Made by a program: the position numbers and the translations under genes. The notes beneath the pieces were generated by a model. It was given only the letters and a program-made list of their open reading frames with translations, was not told the origin of the DNA and made no database searches. From IMG/VR virus record IMGVR_UViG_3300045690_000033: DNA of 37,774 nucleotides, one strand, 5' to 3'. Source of the stretch: a virus. This document shows positions 1 through 8,312 of the stretch, in pieces (positions within the stretch are counted from its first letter, which is position 1; every line of letters starts with the position of its first letter).

Positions 1-127
1 TTAGAAGATGACGAATTAACGCAGCTTGCATGGGGAGATTGGTATCAATGGGCCAATAAAAATATCTACTGCCATTTTGGAGCTGGATTCGACACGTATA
101 GGCTGGTTCCGGCAACCAAAGAAGAAA
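1..127. repeat. Terminal exact direct repeat, copy 1 (identical to 37648..37774); circular-closure overlap
   Basis: Compared base by base, 1..127 (ttagaagatgacgaatt...caaccaaagaagaaa) equals 37648..37774. The repeat lies inside an ORF that reads through the junction. Confidence 0.9.
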
Positions 128-192
128 TTGCCATTTACGAAGATAAAGTTAGAAAATATCGATCGGAGGAAAACAATGATACCGAAGTTTAG
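1..192 (+). CDS. 3' part of the junction-spanning hypothetical protein (full ORF = 37540..37647 joined to 1..192, 99 aa)
   Basis: Frame 1 is open from window base 1 to TAG at 190..192. It continues the frame of the ATG at 37540. Confidence 0.6.
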   Translation, partial: LEDDELTQLAWGDWYQWANKNIYCHFGAGFDTYRLVPATKEEIAIYEDKVRKYRSEENNDTEV

Positions 193-574
193 AAGTTGGG
201 TTGAAAATGTTAGACATCCAAAATTCAGTTTTATGCAATATGAACCGGAGTTTAACGGAGAGATTAATAAAATATTCGAAAAAAATGGAGAAATTCAACA
301 TGGTGTGAAAGTCAGTTACATGCAATCAACGGGACTGAAAGACAAGAACGGCGTGGAGATATTTGAAGGGGATATTGTTAAAGTATCTAATCATCCTTTT
401 CAAAAAAATGACAATGGAATCGGTATTGAAATAAATGGAAATTATGTAATTGGTTGGTCAGAATATTCGCTATCTTGGTTAGCTGGGAATTTAATATTAG
501 CTGAGCTTAAACCTTTTATAGAAGTTATCGGCAACATCTACGAAAACCCAGAGTTGTTGGAGGTGGAAGGATGA
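176..574 (+). CDS. YopX family protein
   Basis: Internal ATG at 176 of track ORF 26..574, preceded by GGAGGA. Motifs QSTGLKDKNGVEIFEGDIV and EVIGNIYENPELLE are typical of YopX. Confidence 0.8.
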   Translation: MIPKFRSWVENVRHPKFSFMQYEPEFNGEINKIFEKNGEIQHGVKVSYMQSTGLKDKNGVEIFEGDIVKVSNHPFQKNDNGIGIEINGNYVIGWSEYSLSWLAGNLILAELKPFIEVIGNIYENPELLEVEG

Positions 575-792
575 TAAAGAAAATTCAAGAATTTTTAGCT
601 GTAGCGTATCCAATATTTTTGTTGGTGATGGCCACTATATATGTGTTCGTAGAAGACGGGAATAGATCACTTTTCTTCATATTACTCTACGCGGTTTGTT
701 TAATTGGTGATCGCTTACGGGATATTCGTATTAGTATTAGCGCTTTATGGTATCGAATCTACTTAAGAAATAAAAAAGACGGCATCGAGTAG
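571..792 (+). CDS. Small membrane protein, hypothetical
   Basis: ATGA overlap with the upstream gene. Two hydrophobic segments (FLAVAYPIFLLVMATIYVF, LFFILLYAVCLIG). Confidence 0.6.
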   Translation: MIKKIQEFLAVAYPIFLLVMATIYVFVEDGNRSLFFILLYAVCLIGDRLRDIRISISALWYRIYLRNKKDGIE

Positions 793-824
793 ATCCACTA
801 ACGTCGCCAATAGAGGAGAATTAC

Positions 825-1028
825 ATGAACAAAATTATTAAGGAAGTTAATCTTGTCGCTAAGATTCATGGGTATGAAAAATTGAAAGATATAAAGATGG
901 TGGATAAAACGAGATATTCGGCAATTGTAGGGAAAACGGGTGTGAAGATTTTAGTTGATATTCAGTCTGCAAAAGTTTGGCAATGGTTTCCGTTTCAAAA
1001 AAAACTATTAATACAAGCAAGAAAATGA
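825..1028 (+). CDS. Hypothetical protein
   Basis: ORF with a GAGGAG RBS 7 nt upstream. Confidence 0.55.
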   Translation: MNKIIKEVNLVAKIHGYEKLKDIKMVDKTRYSAIVGKTGVKILVDIQSAKVWQWFPFQKKLLIQARK

Positions 1029-1102
1029 AAAAGCACCAAGCCTCAGCTCAGTGCTAAACGTTATCCTATCTATAACATTATAGCACAGGAGGAATCGAAA
1101 GT

Positions 1103-1612
1103 ATGGCGCTTTTTGATGTTAGTAAATATGAAGTACCTAGAACAGATGAGATTGACATGTCCACAACTAAAACTAATTTTGAGGCTTTCCTTCGAGCATA
1201 TAAAAATTCTAGGGAAAAGATTGGGCAACCTAGAATTCCTAAAACGACTCAATCTTTTAGTTTGATTCCTCCTTCAACCGCAAATAGTGGAAGTGGAGAA
1301 GCAGAAAGACTATTGATCCAGAGGGAAGATGATCTTGCTGAGTTCAACGAGTTGCATCAACTATTTGCACGAGGATTTGCTGGAATATCACATCCTATAA
1401 AAGTCGATATCACGGAACGTAGAAGGCAGATATTCATTCTAAGATATCTACAAGGTTTCTCAGTTAGTGAAATACTAGACTTAGTGCCATTAGGGAAAGA
1501 TATTGTAACTGAAGAATCAAAAGAAGCAATGATACAGTTCTGTTTTGAATTACAGTTAATTGTTAAAAAAACGGAAACTTTCCGACTTATACCCGTCAAA
1601 GAGTCGGAATAA
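1103..1612 (+). CDS. ArpU family phage transcriptional regulator (late-gene activator type)
   Basis: RBS AGGAGG. Located just upstream of the packaging genes. The C-terminal sigma-region-4-like segment RRRQIFILRYLQGFSVSEILDLV and the N-terminal layout match ArpU-type proteins as I recall them. Confidence 0.75.
   Translation: MALFDVSKYEVPRTDEIDMSTTKTNFEAFLRAYKNSREKIGQPRIPKTTQSFSLIPPSTANSGSGEAERLLIQREDDLAEFNELHQLFARGFAGISHPIKVDITERRRQIFILRYLQGFSVSEILDLVPLGKDIVTEESKEAMIQFCFELQLIVKKTETFRLIPVKESE
1580..1609 (+). repeat. TTCCG...CGGAA hairpin-type linker copy overlapping the arpU 3' end
   Basis: TTCCGACT (1580..1587) pairs with AGTCGGAA (1602..1609). It aligns with the linker at 36299..36330. Confidence 0.5.
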
Positions 1613-1640
1613 TTCCGGCGCGAAACCGTCAATGAAAGAG
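1613..1640 (+). repeat. Degenerate TTCCGG linker copy
   Basis: TTCCGGCGCGAAACCGTCAATGAAAGAG resembles TCCGGTAACCCACGTCAATAAAGGAG at 33273..33300. Confidence 0.45.
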
Positions 1641-1871
1641 ATATTATGATATTGTCAAAATAGTATAGATGCGGCTCAGCCGTTGATATAAACGTGGTCT
1701 GCTGCACAGGCCACACCAAATAAAGAATATATGAAGGAGGTGAACAGCTTCCCTTCTTTATTCTTAACGATTGTTTGCAAGACGATCAAAACGACCGGCA
1801 CATACATCTAATATAGAAAGCGAGTAGCTCCTCTTCGTACGCTACTTGGTGTGCCGGTCAATACATAACCG

Positions 1872-1899
1872 AGATCACTCACTATGAGTGGTCTTTTTT
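1872..1899 (+). terminator. Intrinsic terminator immediately upstream of the first late-region ORF
   Basis: 10-bp stem agatcactca/tgagtggtct (one G-U pair), 3-nt loop, then TTTTTT. Confidence 0.7.
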
Positions 1900-1915
1900 A
1901 TTTGGAGGAATGCGA

Positions 1916-2131
1916 ATGACTGCTCAAGTGAATCTTGTATTAAATGGAAACGTGTATTGCTTGAAAGGAGCAACAGTGGCGATTGATAAGCGAAAAGGGA
2001 AATACTCCATTGTTAAACGATTAGAGCAAGATGGAGAGAAAGAAAAAGAAATTCTTTTCAAGGTGAGCAATGATTTGCTGGAGAGTTACTTTGCTGAAAC
2101 TATGAGTTATCCACAGGATATAAACAGTTAA
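1916..2131 (+). CDS. Hypothetical protein
   Basis: Second ATG of track ORF 1910..2131. GGAGGA lies 6 nt upstream of 1916. Confidence 0.55.
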   Translation: MTAQVNLVLNGNVYCLKGATVAIDKRKGKYSIVKRLEQDGEKEKEILFKVSNDLLESYFAETMSYPQDINS

Positions 2132-2242
2132 ATTAATCATTTTAAAGAATCAGCAATTTAACCAGTGGTATCAAGGGATAGAACGATTTGAGAGTATTTG
2201 TGATTATGCTATGTATTCGTAAAGATTGGAGGTATAAACCAG

Positions 2243-2515
2243 ATGGAAATTAATGAAATTAAAAGTGAGTTCAATTCTGACTTAAAACGTATTGAACGTA
2301 TGAAATCAATGCTAGAAAGATTAAGAAGTATTGATGTGTTCAAAGGTGCAACTGTTCGCGATTGGTCCACTGGTGATCAAGCCTGTTTTGAAGAAGGCGA
2401 GTGCGAGTGGTTGAATGATTTATGGAGTGAGCAGATTAACAAAATAATCGATGAGATCGAAATTGAAGAAAAGAAGTTCATTAATAAATGGAATAAATCA
2501 ATTACTGATGAGTGA
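2243..2515 (+). CDS. Hypothetical protein
   Basis: ORF with a GGAGG RBS. Confidence 0.55.
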   Translation: MEINEIKSEFNSDLKRIERMKSMLERLRSIDVFKGATVRDWSTGDQACFEEGECEWLNDLWSEQINKIIDEIEIEEKKFINKWNKSITDE

Positions 2516-2554
2516 GGATATCTTTATCGCGCAGACAAACATTGAGGTGATTAT

Positions 2555-2890
2555 GTGACAGAAGAATTCTACCGCTGGTTAGTTGTTTTAATCCGTGAAG
2601 ATAAGCTAAAGAAGTTTTACGATTGCGCGAAATGGCGGAAGCTAAGGCAGAGGGCGATCATCCGGGATAACAATGAGTGTCAGATGTGTAAGCAGCAAGG
2701 AAAGTACCACAATGTCAATAATGTCCACCACATCAAAGAAGTTAAGCATAGACCAGACTTAGCGTTGGATTTGGATAACCTCGTCTGTTTATGCATTGAT
2801 CATCATAATGAAGTGCATGGTAGATATGTTGACGATCAGAACAAAAAGCTAAAAGACTTTAAGAACTTTGATTCAACGGAAAGGTGGTAA
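2555..2890 (+). CDS. HNH endonuclease (packaging-associated)
   Basis: GTG start after GAGGTG. Motifs CQMC...HHIKE...CLCIDHHNEVH. Sits next to the terminase genes, as in cos-HNH phages. Confidence 0.85.
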   Translation: MTEEFYRWLVVLIREDKLKKFYDCAKWRKLRQRAIIRDNNECQMCKQQGKYHNVNNVHHIKEVKHRPDLALDLDNLVCLCIDHHNEVHGRYVDDQNKKLKDFKNFDSTERW

Positions 2891-2895
2891 GTCAC

Positions 2896-3177
2896 ATGAT
2901 CATCACAGACAATAGTCGAGAGTATGATCTCGATAGGTTGAAAGAGTATTCGACGATGACTCAAGGAATAGTAAAGAGATTAATCTATTCTAGGTATGTT
3001 GCAATTAGAAACTTACTCAGTGATAGTTGCTGCAACAAGATTAAAGCCTCAGTAGTCCAAGACAGCATTAAAAATAAAGAAGTTATCGAGAGAATCAAAA
3101 AGGTTTTCAACTACACAGAAAAGGAAATTATTTTCTATGTTGAATACACAATCGAACAATTCCCAATTGTCAGATAG
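2896..3177 (+). CDS. Hypothetical protein
   Basis: ATG at 2896 after AAGGTGG, in frame with track ORF 2884..3177. Confidence 0.5.
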   Translation: MIITDNSREYDLDRLKEYSTMTQGIVKRLIYSRYVAIRNLLSDSCCNKIKASVVQDSIKNKEVIERIKKVFNYTEKEIIFYVEYTIEQFPIVR

Positions 3178-3279
3178 TCCCCCCTCAAAATAATTTGCGA
3201 TTTTTTGGGAAACCAACGAACGGGGATGGGTGTCAGGAAAAAACATTTTTTCAACCTTTATCACGAGAGGAGGCAGCTA
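3175..3279. other. Candidate cos region (non-coding gap before terS)
   Basis: About 100 nt non-coding with a C6 run (3179..3184) and GGGGATGGG. Its position between HNH and terS is typical for cos sites. No ends can be seen in the sequence. Confidence 0.25.
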
Positions 3280-3594
3280 ATGTTTAAAAGTCAACTAGCA
3301 CAAAATAGATACAAAGAGCGGTTAAAAAGATCCTTAATCGACCAGCTTGATCAACAAAATATTAGTATTACACCGTTTCTCGATACGATAGATAGATATA
3401 TTAATCTCTGGGAAACGGCTATTTCTTTAGAAGAAGATATCGCTGATAATGGTGTGCGATTGAATAACGGTAAGAAAAATGAATCTGTTGCTTTATTAGT
3501 ATCAGTAAATAAACAAATGGGATTAATGCTTGATAAATTAGCGATCACTCCAGAGATAGTGGGTGATGCAAATGAACCAATTCCTGAGTTATAA
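3280..3594 (+). CDS. terS: Terminase small subunit (P27-family-like)
   Basis: ATG at 3280 after GAGAGGAGG. About 104 aa, directly upstream of and overlapping terL. Sequence style matches P27-type TerS. Confidence 0.7.
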   Translation: MFKSQLAQNRYKERLKRSLIDQLDQQNISITPFLDTIDRYINLWETAISLEEDIADNGVRLNNGKKNESVALLVSVNKQMGLMLDKLAITPEIVGDANEPIPEL

Positions 3595-5260
3595 ACATAT
3601 AAGGAAATGGTTTGACGCGATTGACGCTCGAGAGGTTGTTGTTTGTAAAGACCAATTGCTGTTAAAAAAATATTTGGAAAAACGAGTTTTTACACGGGAG
3701 GATATTTATTTTGACGAACAAATGGTTGAAGATTCTATTAACATTCCTGCCACTTATTTTCCTTTTGAATTGATTCCTTGGGAAAAATTTGTGCAGTGCT
3801 TTATCTATGGTTGTCGATGGAAAAAAGATCATACACTCGTTTTTAATAGATTCCTCACGTTAATGGGGCGCGGAAACGGTAAGACAGGTTATGCTTCATG
3901 GAACAACTTCTTTCTACTGACTGCAAAACATGGAATTAAAAATTATGATATTGATATTTTTGCCAACAATGAATCCCAAGCAAAGACAAGTTTTGAGGAT
4001 GTCTACCAAGTCATAAAAACAAACCCAGGTTTAAAAAAATCATTTTATATTTCGAAAGTATCTATTAGAAATTTAGCAACAAATAGTGAACTTAGATATA
4101 ACACTGCAAACGCTCGTACGAAGGATGGAAAACGTCCAGGGGCCAATCGCTTCGATGAAATCCATGAAAATGAAGACTACGCAACGATGAATGTTGCGAC
4201 TTCAGGCGGCGGTAAAATCCAAGACTACAGAGAATTCTACGATACGACAAACGGCGCTGTTAGAGGCGGACCATTAGATGATCTAATTGAAGAATCAATG
4301 ATGATTTTTTCGGGTGAATTAGGAATTGATAAAGAAGGTGCAGAATTTTCAAGTTTATTCCCGTTCATTTGTCGTTTAGACGATGATACGGAAGTTGATG
4401 ATCCGACTTTATGGGAAAAAGCTTGTCCAACAATCAATTACAACCAAGATCTAAAACGAAAGATGTTTCAAGAATACTCACAAATGCAACGTAATTCAGG
4501 GTTAAGATTAACATTTATGACTAAACGTATGAACAAACCTATGGAAGATACTAGGTTTGCTGTGGCGACGTACGAAGACGTTCTTCACACAAGAGAAAAA
4601 GAGTTTCCTGAAAGAATGGAAGAAGTTATTGGAACAGTTGACTTTGCAGATCGACGAGATTTTGCGTCATGTGGGCTACTTGGGAAGTATGAGAAAGATA
4701 TTTATTTTAAACAGCACACGTTTATTCATGAATCTGCATTGAAACTCCAAAATATAAAGAGAGAAATTATCGATATTTCATTGGATCAAGGGAAATCACA
4801 AATTGTTCACGGGAAGAATATTGAAGCTGAATACATCGTCGATTGGTTTCTAGAACAGTCAAAAAAGCATTATATTAAAAAGATTGCCATGGATATGTTC
4901 AGAGCTAAAATACTGAAACCTGCATTGGAAGAGGCCGGCTTTAATGTTGAGATTGTCCGAAGCGGTAGTGTTACGCACGGCATGCTTAAAGATTTAGTTG
5001 ATGATTTATTTATTAATCAGCGTTTATTTTTTGGAGACGACGCTATTATGCGGTGGTATTGTATGAATGTTTACGAAGAACATATTGCAAATGGAAATAT
5101 TAGATATGAAAAGATAGACGGAGAAACCAGAAAAACAGATGGTTTCTTTTCTTTTTTGCATGGACTTAATTTTATCGATGATATCTATGATTCTGCACCA
5201 ATCAAAATAAAAAATTTAACCAGTAATGCTGCTGGTGGTTTTAAACCATTAGTTTTTTAG
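3563..5260 (+). CDS. terL: Terminase large subunit
   Basis: 565 aa. Walker-A-like LMGRGNGKT, a DEIHE-type Walker B, and a C-terminal nuclease region. The start could also be ATG 3566 or 3572. Confidence 0.9.
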   Translation: MMQMNQFLSYKHIRKWFDAIDAREVVVCKDQLLLKKYLEKRVFTREDIYFDEQMVEDSINIPATYFPFELIPWEKFVQCFIYGCRWKKDHTLVFNRFLTLMGRGNGKTGYASWNNFFLLTAKHGIKNYDIDIFANNESQAKTSFEDVYQVIKTNPGLKKSFYISKVSIRNLATNSELRYNTANARTKDGKRPGANRFDEIHENEDYATMNVATSGGGKIQDYREFYDTTNGAVRGGPLDDLIEESMMIFSGELGIDKEGAEFSSLFPFICRLDDDTEVDDPTLWEKACPTINYNQDLKRKMFQEYSQMQRNSGLRLTFMTKRMNKPMEDTRFAVATYEDVLHTREKEFPERMEEVIGTVDFADRRDFASCGLLGKYEKDIYFKQHTFIHESALKLQNIKREIIDISLDQGKSQIVHGKNIEAEYIVDWFLEQSKKHYIKKIAMDMFRAKILKPALEEAGFNVEIVRSGSVTHGMLKDLVDDLFINQRLFFGDDAIMRWYCMNVYEEHIANGNIRYEKIDGETRKTDGFFSFLHGLNFIDDIYDSAPIKIKNLTSNAAGGFKPLVF

Positions 5261-5275
5261 AGAGGAGGTGGAGTA

Positions 5276-6454
5276 GTGGGAGTTGTCCAAAGAGCAGTAG
5301 ATTACTTTACTAAGCGTTCAGTTGTTTCGATTGAAGAATATTTTTGTAAACTTCAAGTGGACTATGTTTATCGGAAGTTTGCAATTGAGACTTGTATTGA
5401 TTTAATTGCTAATGCATTAAGTAAAGCAGAATTCAAATCTTACGAAAAAGGTAAAAATATAAAAAACGAGATGTATTATCGGTTAAATGTTTCACCGAAT
5501 GCTAAAACAAATGCGACGGAGTTTCGTAAAAAAATGATTCGAAGACTTATTTTTTACAATGAAGTATTAATCGTTTCGCCGTCAAGTTCAACCTCAGAAT
5601 TATTTGTAGCCGATAGTTGGAATGTTACTGAATATGGGTTAAAAGATGATGTATTTTCTCAAGTTCAAGTTAATAATATTGTTTTAGAGAAAACTTTCAA
5701 AGAAAGTGACGTTATCTATATTAAGTATGCTGACGAACATATACGTCAATTGGTAGACGCCTATTATGGGGCATACGGAAAGCTAATTTCATCAGCAATG
5801 AATGTATACAAACGATCCAATGCACGAAGATATGTGCTGAAAGGCGATTTATTCAGGCCGCAAGATGATACGGCACAAGGCCAAATAAACGAAATGATGA
5901 CTTCTCAATTCAAATCATTTATGGAAGCAGACAATGCAGGAGCAGTGTTTCAGTTAGACAACAAAGCAGAGTTGCTTGATTTCAGCGGGAATTTCCAATC
6001 GAATTCACGAGATATAAAAAACTTAATAGATGACATCTACGAGATGACCGCGGCAGCGTTTCACGTTCCGAAAAACTTACTCAAGGGAGATATGAGTGGT
6101 TTATCGGATCAAGTGGACGCTTTTTTGATGTTTGAAATCATACCGATAGCTGAATTAATACAAGATGCTTTTAATGCAACGATTTATAGCATGGATGAAT
6201 ATTTATCTGGTGATTATTTGAGAGTCGATACCACCATGATAAAAATAGCTAGCTTCAAAGATTTGGTTGATGCCATCGATGTTGGCATTCGAAATGGCGT
6301 ATTTACGATTAACGAAGGCAGAGAACGCGTGGGTAATGATCGCTCCGATAAGCCAATGGCGGACGAGATTTTCATAACTAAAAATAATGAACAGTTATCG
6401 AAGGGAGGTGACGCGAATGACGACAATGAAGACGGTTCTAGCAGTCAAAAATGA
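5276..6454 (+). CDS. Portal protein (HK97 family)
   Basis: 392 aa directly after terL. GTG start after GGAGGTGGAG. Confidence 0.85.
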   Translation: MGVVQRAVDYFTKRSVVSIEEYFCKLQVDYVYRKFAIETCIDLIANALSKAEFKSYEKGKNIKNEMYYRLNVSPNAKTNATEFRKKMIRRLIFYNEVLIVSPSSSTSELFVADSWNVTEYGLKDDVFSQVQVNNIVLEKTFKESDVIYIKYADEHIRQLVDAYYGAYGKLISSAMNVYKRSNARRYVLKGDLFRPQDDTAQGQINEMMTSQFKSFMEADNAGAVFQLDNKAELLDFSGNFQSNSRDIKNLIDDIYEMTAAAFHVPKNLLKGDMSGLSDQVDAFLMFEIIPIAELIQDAFNATIYSMDEYLSGDYLRVDTTMIKIASFKDLVDAIDVGIRNGVFTINEGRERVGNDRSDKPMADEIFITKNNEQLSKGGDANDDNEDGSSSQK

Positions 6455-7100
6455 AAACACAGCGAAGCCAGCAGTTTATATTCAAGGATTTATCGGGTCT
6501 AGTTGGTTTTTTGAAGGGAATACGGATAAAGGCATCAAAGCGATTTTAGACAATTTAGGCAACAAGGAAGAAATCGATGTTGTAATTAATTCTAATGGTG
6601 GTGATGTTTTCCAAGGAATTGCAATTGGAAATCTGCTAAAAGCAAATAGCGCAAAAATTAATATCATCATTAACGGTGTGGCCGCAAGCGCAGCCTCTAT
6701 CATTGCAATGGCGGGAGATACTATTCAGATATATCCAAACGCTCAATTAATGATCCATAGAGCCTCTACCTGGGCGGAGGGAAATGTCGATGTGTTCCGA
6801 CAAACAGCGGATCAACTGGAATCAATAGACAAATCAGTAAAGGCTTCTTATCAATCACGATTTAACGGAACTGATGATGAATTAGAAAATCTACTTGTTG
6901 CCGAAAAATTCATGGACGCAGAAACTGCTTTGAAATATGGATTGGTAGATGAAATTATTGATGCGACCCCAATTACCCCTTTGCAAGAAGACGATGAAGA
7001 AGACGAAGAAAGTATCGAAACGGTATTAAATCAAGTGAACGAAGAGCGTGAGAAAAGAATGGCTGCTTTTGCAGCAGCATTAGAAAAAGCATTTGGATAA
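6417..7100 (+). CDS. Prohead maturation protease (ClpP/S14-like)
   Basis: ATG 6417 after GGGAGGTG. Motifs INSNGGDVFQG, GVAASAASIIAMAGD, MIHRAS. Acidic C-terminal scaffold-like tail. Confidence 0.85.
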   Translation: MTTMKTVLAVKNENTAKPAVYIQGFIGSSWFFEGNTDKGIKAILDNLGNKEEIDVVINSNGGDVFQGIAIGNLLKANSAKINIIINGVAASAASIIAMAGDTIQIYPNAQLMIHRASTWAEGNVDVFRQTADQLESIDKSVKASYQSRFNGTDDELENLLVAEKFMDAETALKYGLVDEIIDATPITPLQEDDEEDEESIETVLNQVNEEREKRMAAFAAALEKAFG

Positions 7101-7113
7101 GGAGATGTAAATA

Positions 7114-8238
7114 ATGACAGTAAAAAATTTAAAAGGTGTTTCAGCAACGAGTGATAAATTAATGAGTGCATTTAAAGACGGAAACGAAGAAAACTTTGGA
7201 GAGGCAATGGTTGTCTTATCGAACGAAATTCAAGATCGAATTTTAAAAGAAGCTCAAACCGCAAATCAGGACCAATTAGTTCTAATGAACCGTGGTCAAC
7301 GCGTACTTACTAGCAAAGAAACGAAATTTTATAACGAAGTCGTCAATAACGAAGGATTTGCTGGCGTAGAGGAATTAGTACCGGCAACAGTCTTTGAACG
7401 TGTATTTGAAGACTTAACAAACGCCCATCCATTGCTTCAAAAGATTAATTTTGTGAATACAACTAGCGTTACGGAATGGATCGTCGGTCGTGGTGTGAAC
7501 CCTGCTTGGTGGGGGAAATTATGTGAAGACATCAAACAGGTATTGGACAATGGGTTTGATGTGATCAACATGAAACAATTCAAATTATCAGGTTATATGC
7601 CTTTATGTAAGGCAATGCTTGATTTAGGTCCTGAATGGATTGACCGCTATGTTCGGACTGTTTTAGTTGAATCGCTGCAAATCGCTCTAGAACAAGCCAT
7701 TGTAGACGGTACAGGTAAAGATCAACCTATCGGTATGATGCGTGATATGTCCTCTCAAACAGACGGAGAGTACAAAGAGAAGACTGCAGAAGCAGTTACC
7801 TCTTTAGATGCAACCGTCCTCGGAGGTCTAATGGCTCGTTTATCAAAACTAACAATTGAAGGTGTGACGGACCCAATTTACCGCAATGTCAACCCTTCTG
7901 ATGTTGTGCTAATTGTCAACCCAACTGATTATTGGTCAAAAGTCTTTCCTGCAAAAACAGTTTTAACTGCTAATGGTGAGTACGTTCAAACACTCCCTGT
8001 TCCAGTTTCGGATTTACAATCAGTAGCTGTGCCAGAAGGTAAAGCTGTAATTGGTGTAGCTTCAGACTACTTTATGGGGCTAGGATCAACTCTAAAGATT
8101 GAAGCTTCTGACGAGTACCACTTCGTAGAAGACGAACGTGTCTACTTGGCTAAACAATATGCGAATGGTTTGCCAAAACGAAATGATAGTTTCATTGTGT
8201 TGGATATTTCTAAATTAGCACCTACGCCGTCAAAATAG
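7114..8238 (+). CDS. Major capsid protein (HK97 fold family), short form
   Basis: 374 aa after the protease, in the HK97-type gene order. Confidence 0.85.
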   Translation: MTVKNLKGVSATSDKLMSAFKDGNEENFGEAMVVLSNEIQDRILKEAQTANQDQLVLMNRGQRVLTSKETKFYNEVVNNEGFAGVEELVPATVFERVFEDLTNAHPLLQKINFVNTTSVTEWIVGRGVNPAWWGKLCEDIKQVLDNGFDVINMKQFKLSGYMPLCKAMLDLGPEWIDRYVRTVLVESLQIALEQAIVDGTGKDQPIGMMRDMSSQTDGEYKEKTAEAVTSLDATVLGGLMARLSKLTIEGVTDPIYRNVNPSDVVLIVNPTDYWSKVFPAKTVLTANGEYVQTLPVPVSDLQSVAVPEGKAVIGVASDYFMGLGSTLKIEASDEYHFVEDERVYLAKQYANGLPKRNDSFIVLDISKLAPTPSK

Positions 8239-8300
8239 TGGCCCCTGAGGTAGGAAAAGTAACTCCTACCACTGATGGGGCGTCAATAGAATTAACGTAA
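7114..8300 (+). CDS. Predicted long form of major capsid protein via -1 frameshift (+21 aa: IVAPEVGKVTPTTDGASIELT)
   Basis: The -1 frame is open from 8214 to TAA 8298..8300. The added tail matches the one reachable from the major tail gene at 14 of 21 positions. Confidence 0.5.
8232..8281 (+). promoter_or_regulatory. Putative -1 frameshift signal: A_AAA_TAG slip site, 5-nt spacer, two-tier hairpin
   Basis: AAAA at 8232..8235 abuts stop TAG 8236..8238. Hairpin outer stem is 8241..8245/8277..8281 (gcccc/ggggc); inner stem is 8249..8254/8265..8270 (ggtagg/cctacc); loop is 10 nt. The same architecture occurs at 10562..10614. Confidence 0.55.
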
Positions 8301-8312
8301 GGAGGAAAAGGA

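Noticed and set aside
1-127. Terminal repeats read as attL/attR, LTR-like ends, or a phage direct terminal repeat
   Set aside because: The repeat is exact, sits in the middle of an ORF that reads across the junction, and there is no host DNA outside it. The attP-like region with int lies 16 kb away. A circular-assembly overlap is the simpler reading.
26-175. N-terminal 50 aa of track ORF 26..574
   Set aside because: This stretch overlaps, out of frame, the 3' end of the junction-spanning ORF that ends at 192. The YopX homology and a GGAGGA RBS begin at ATG 176.
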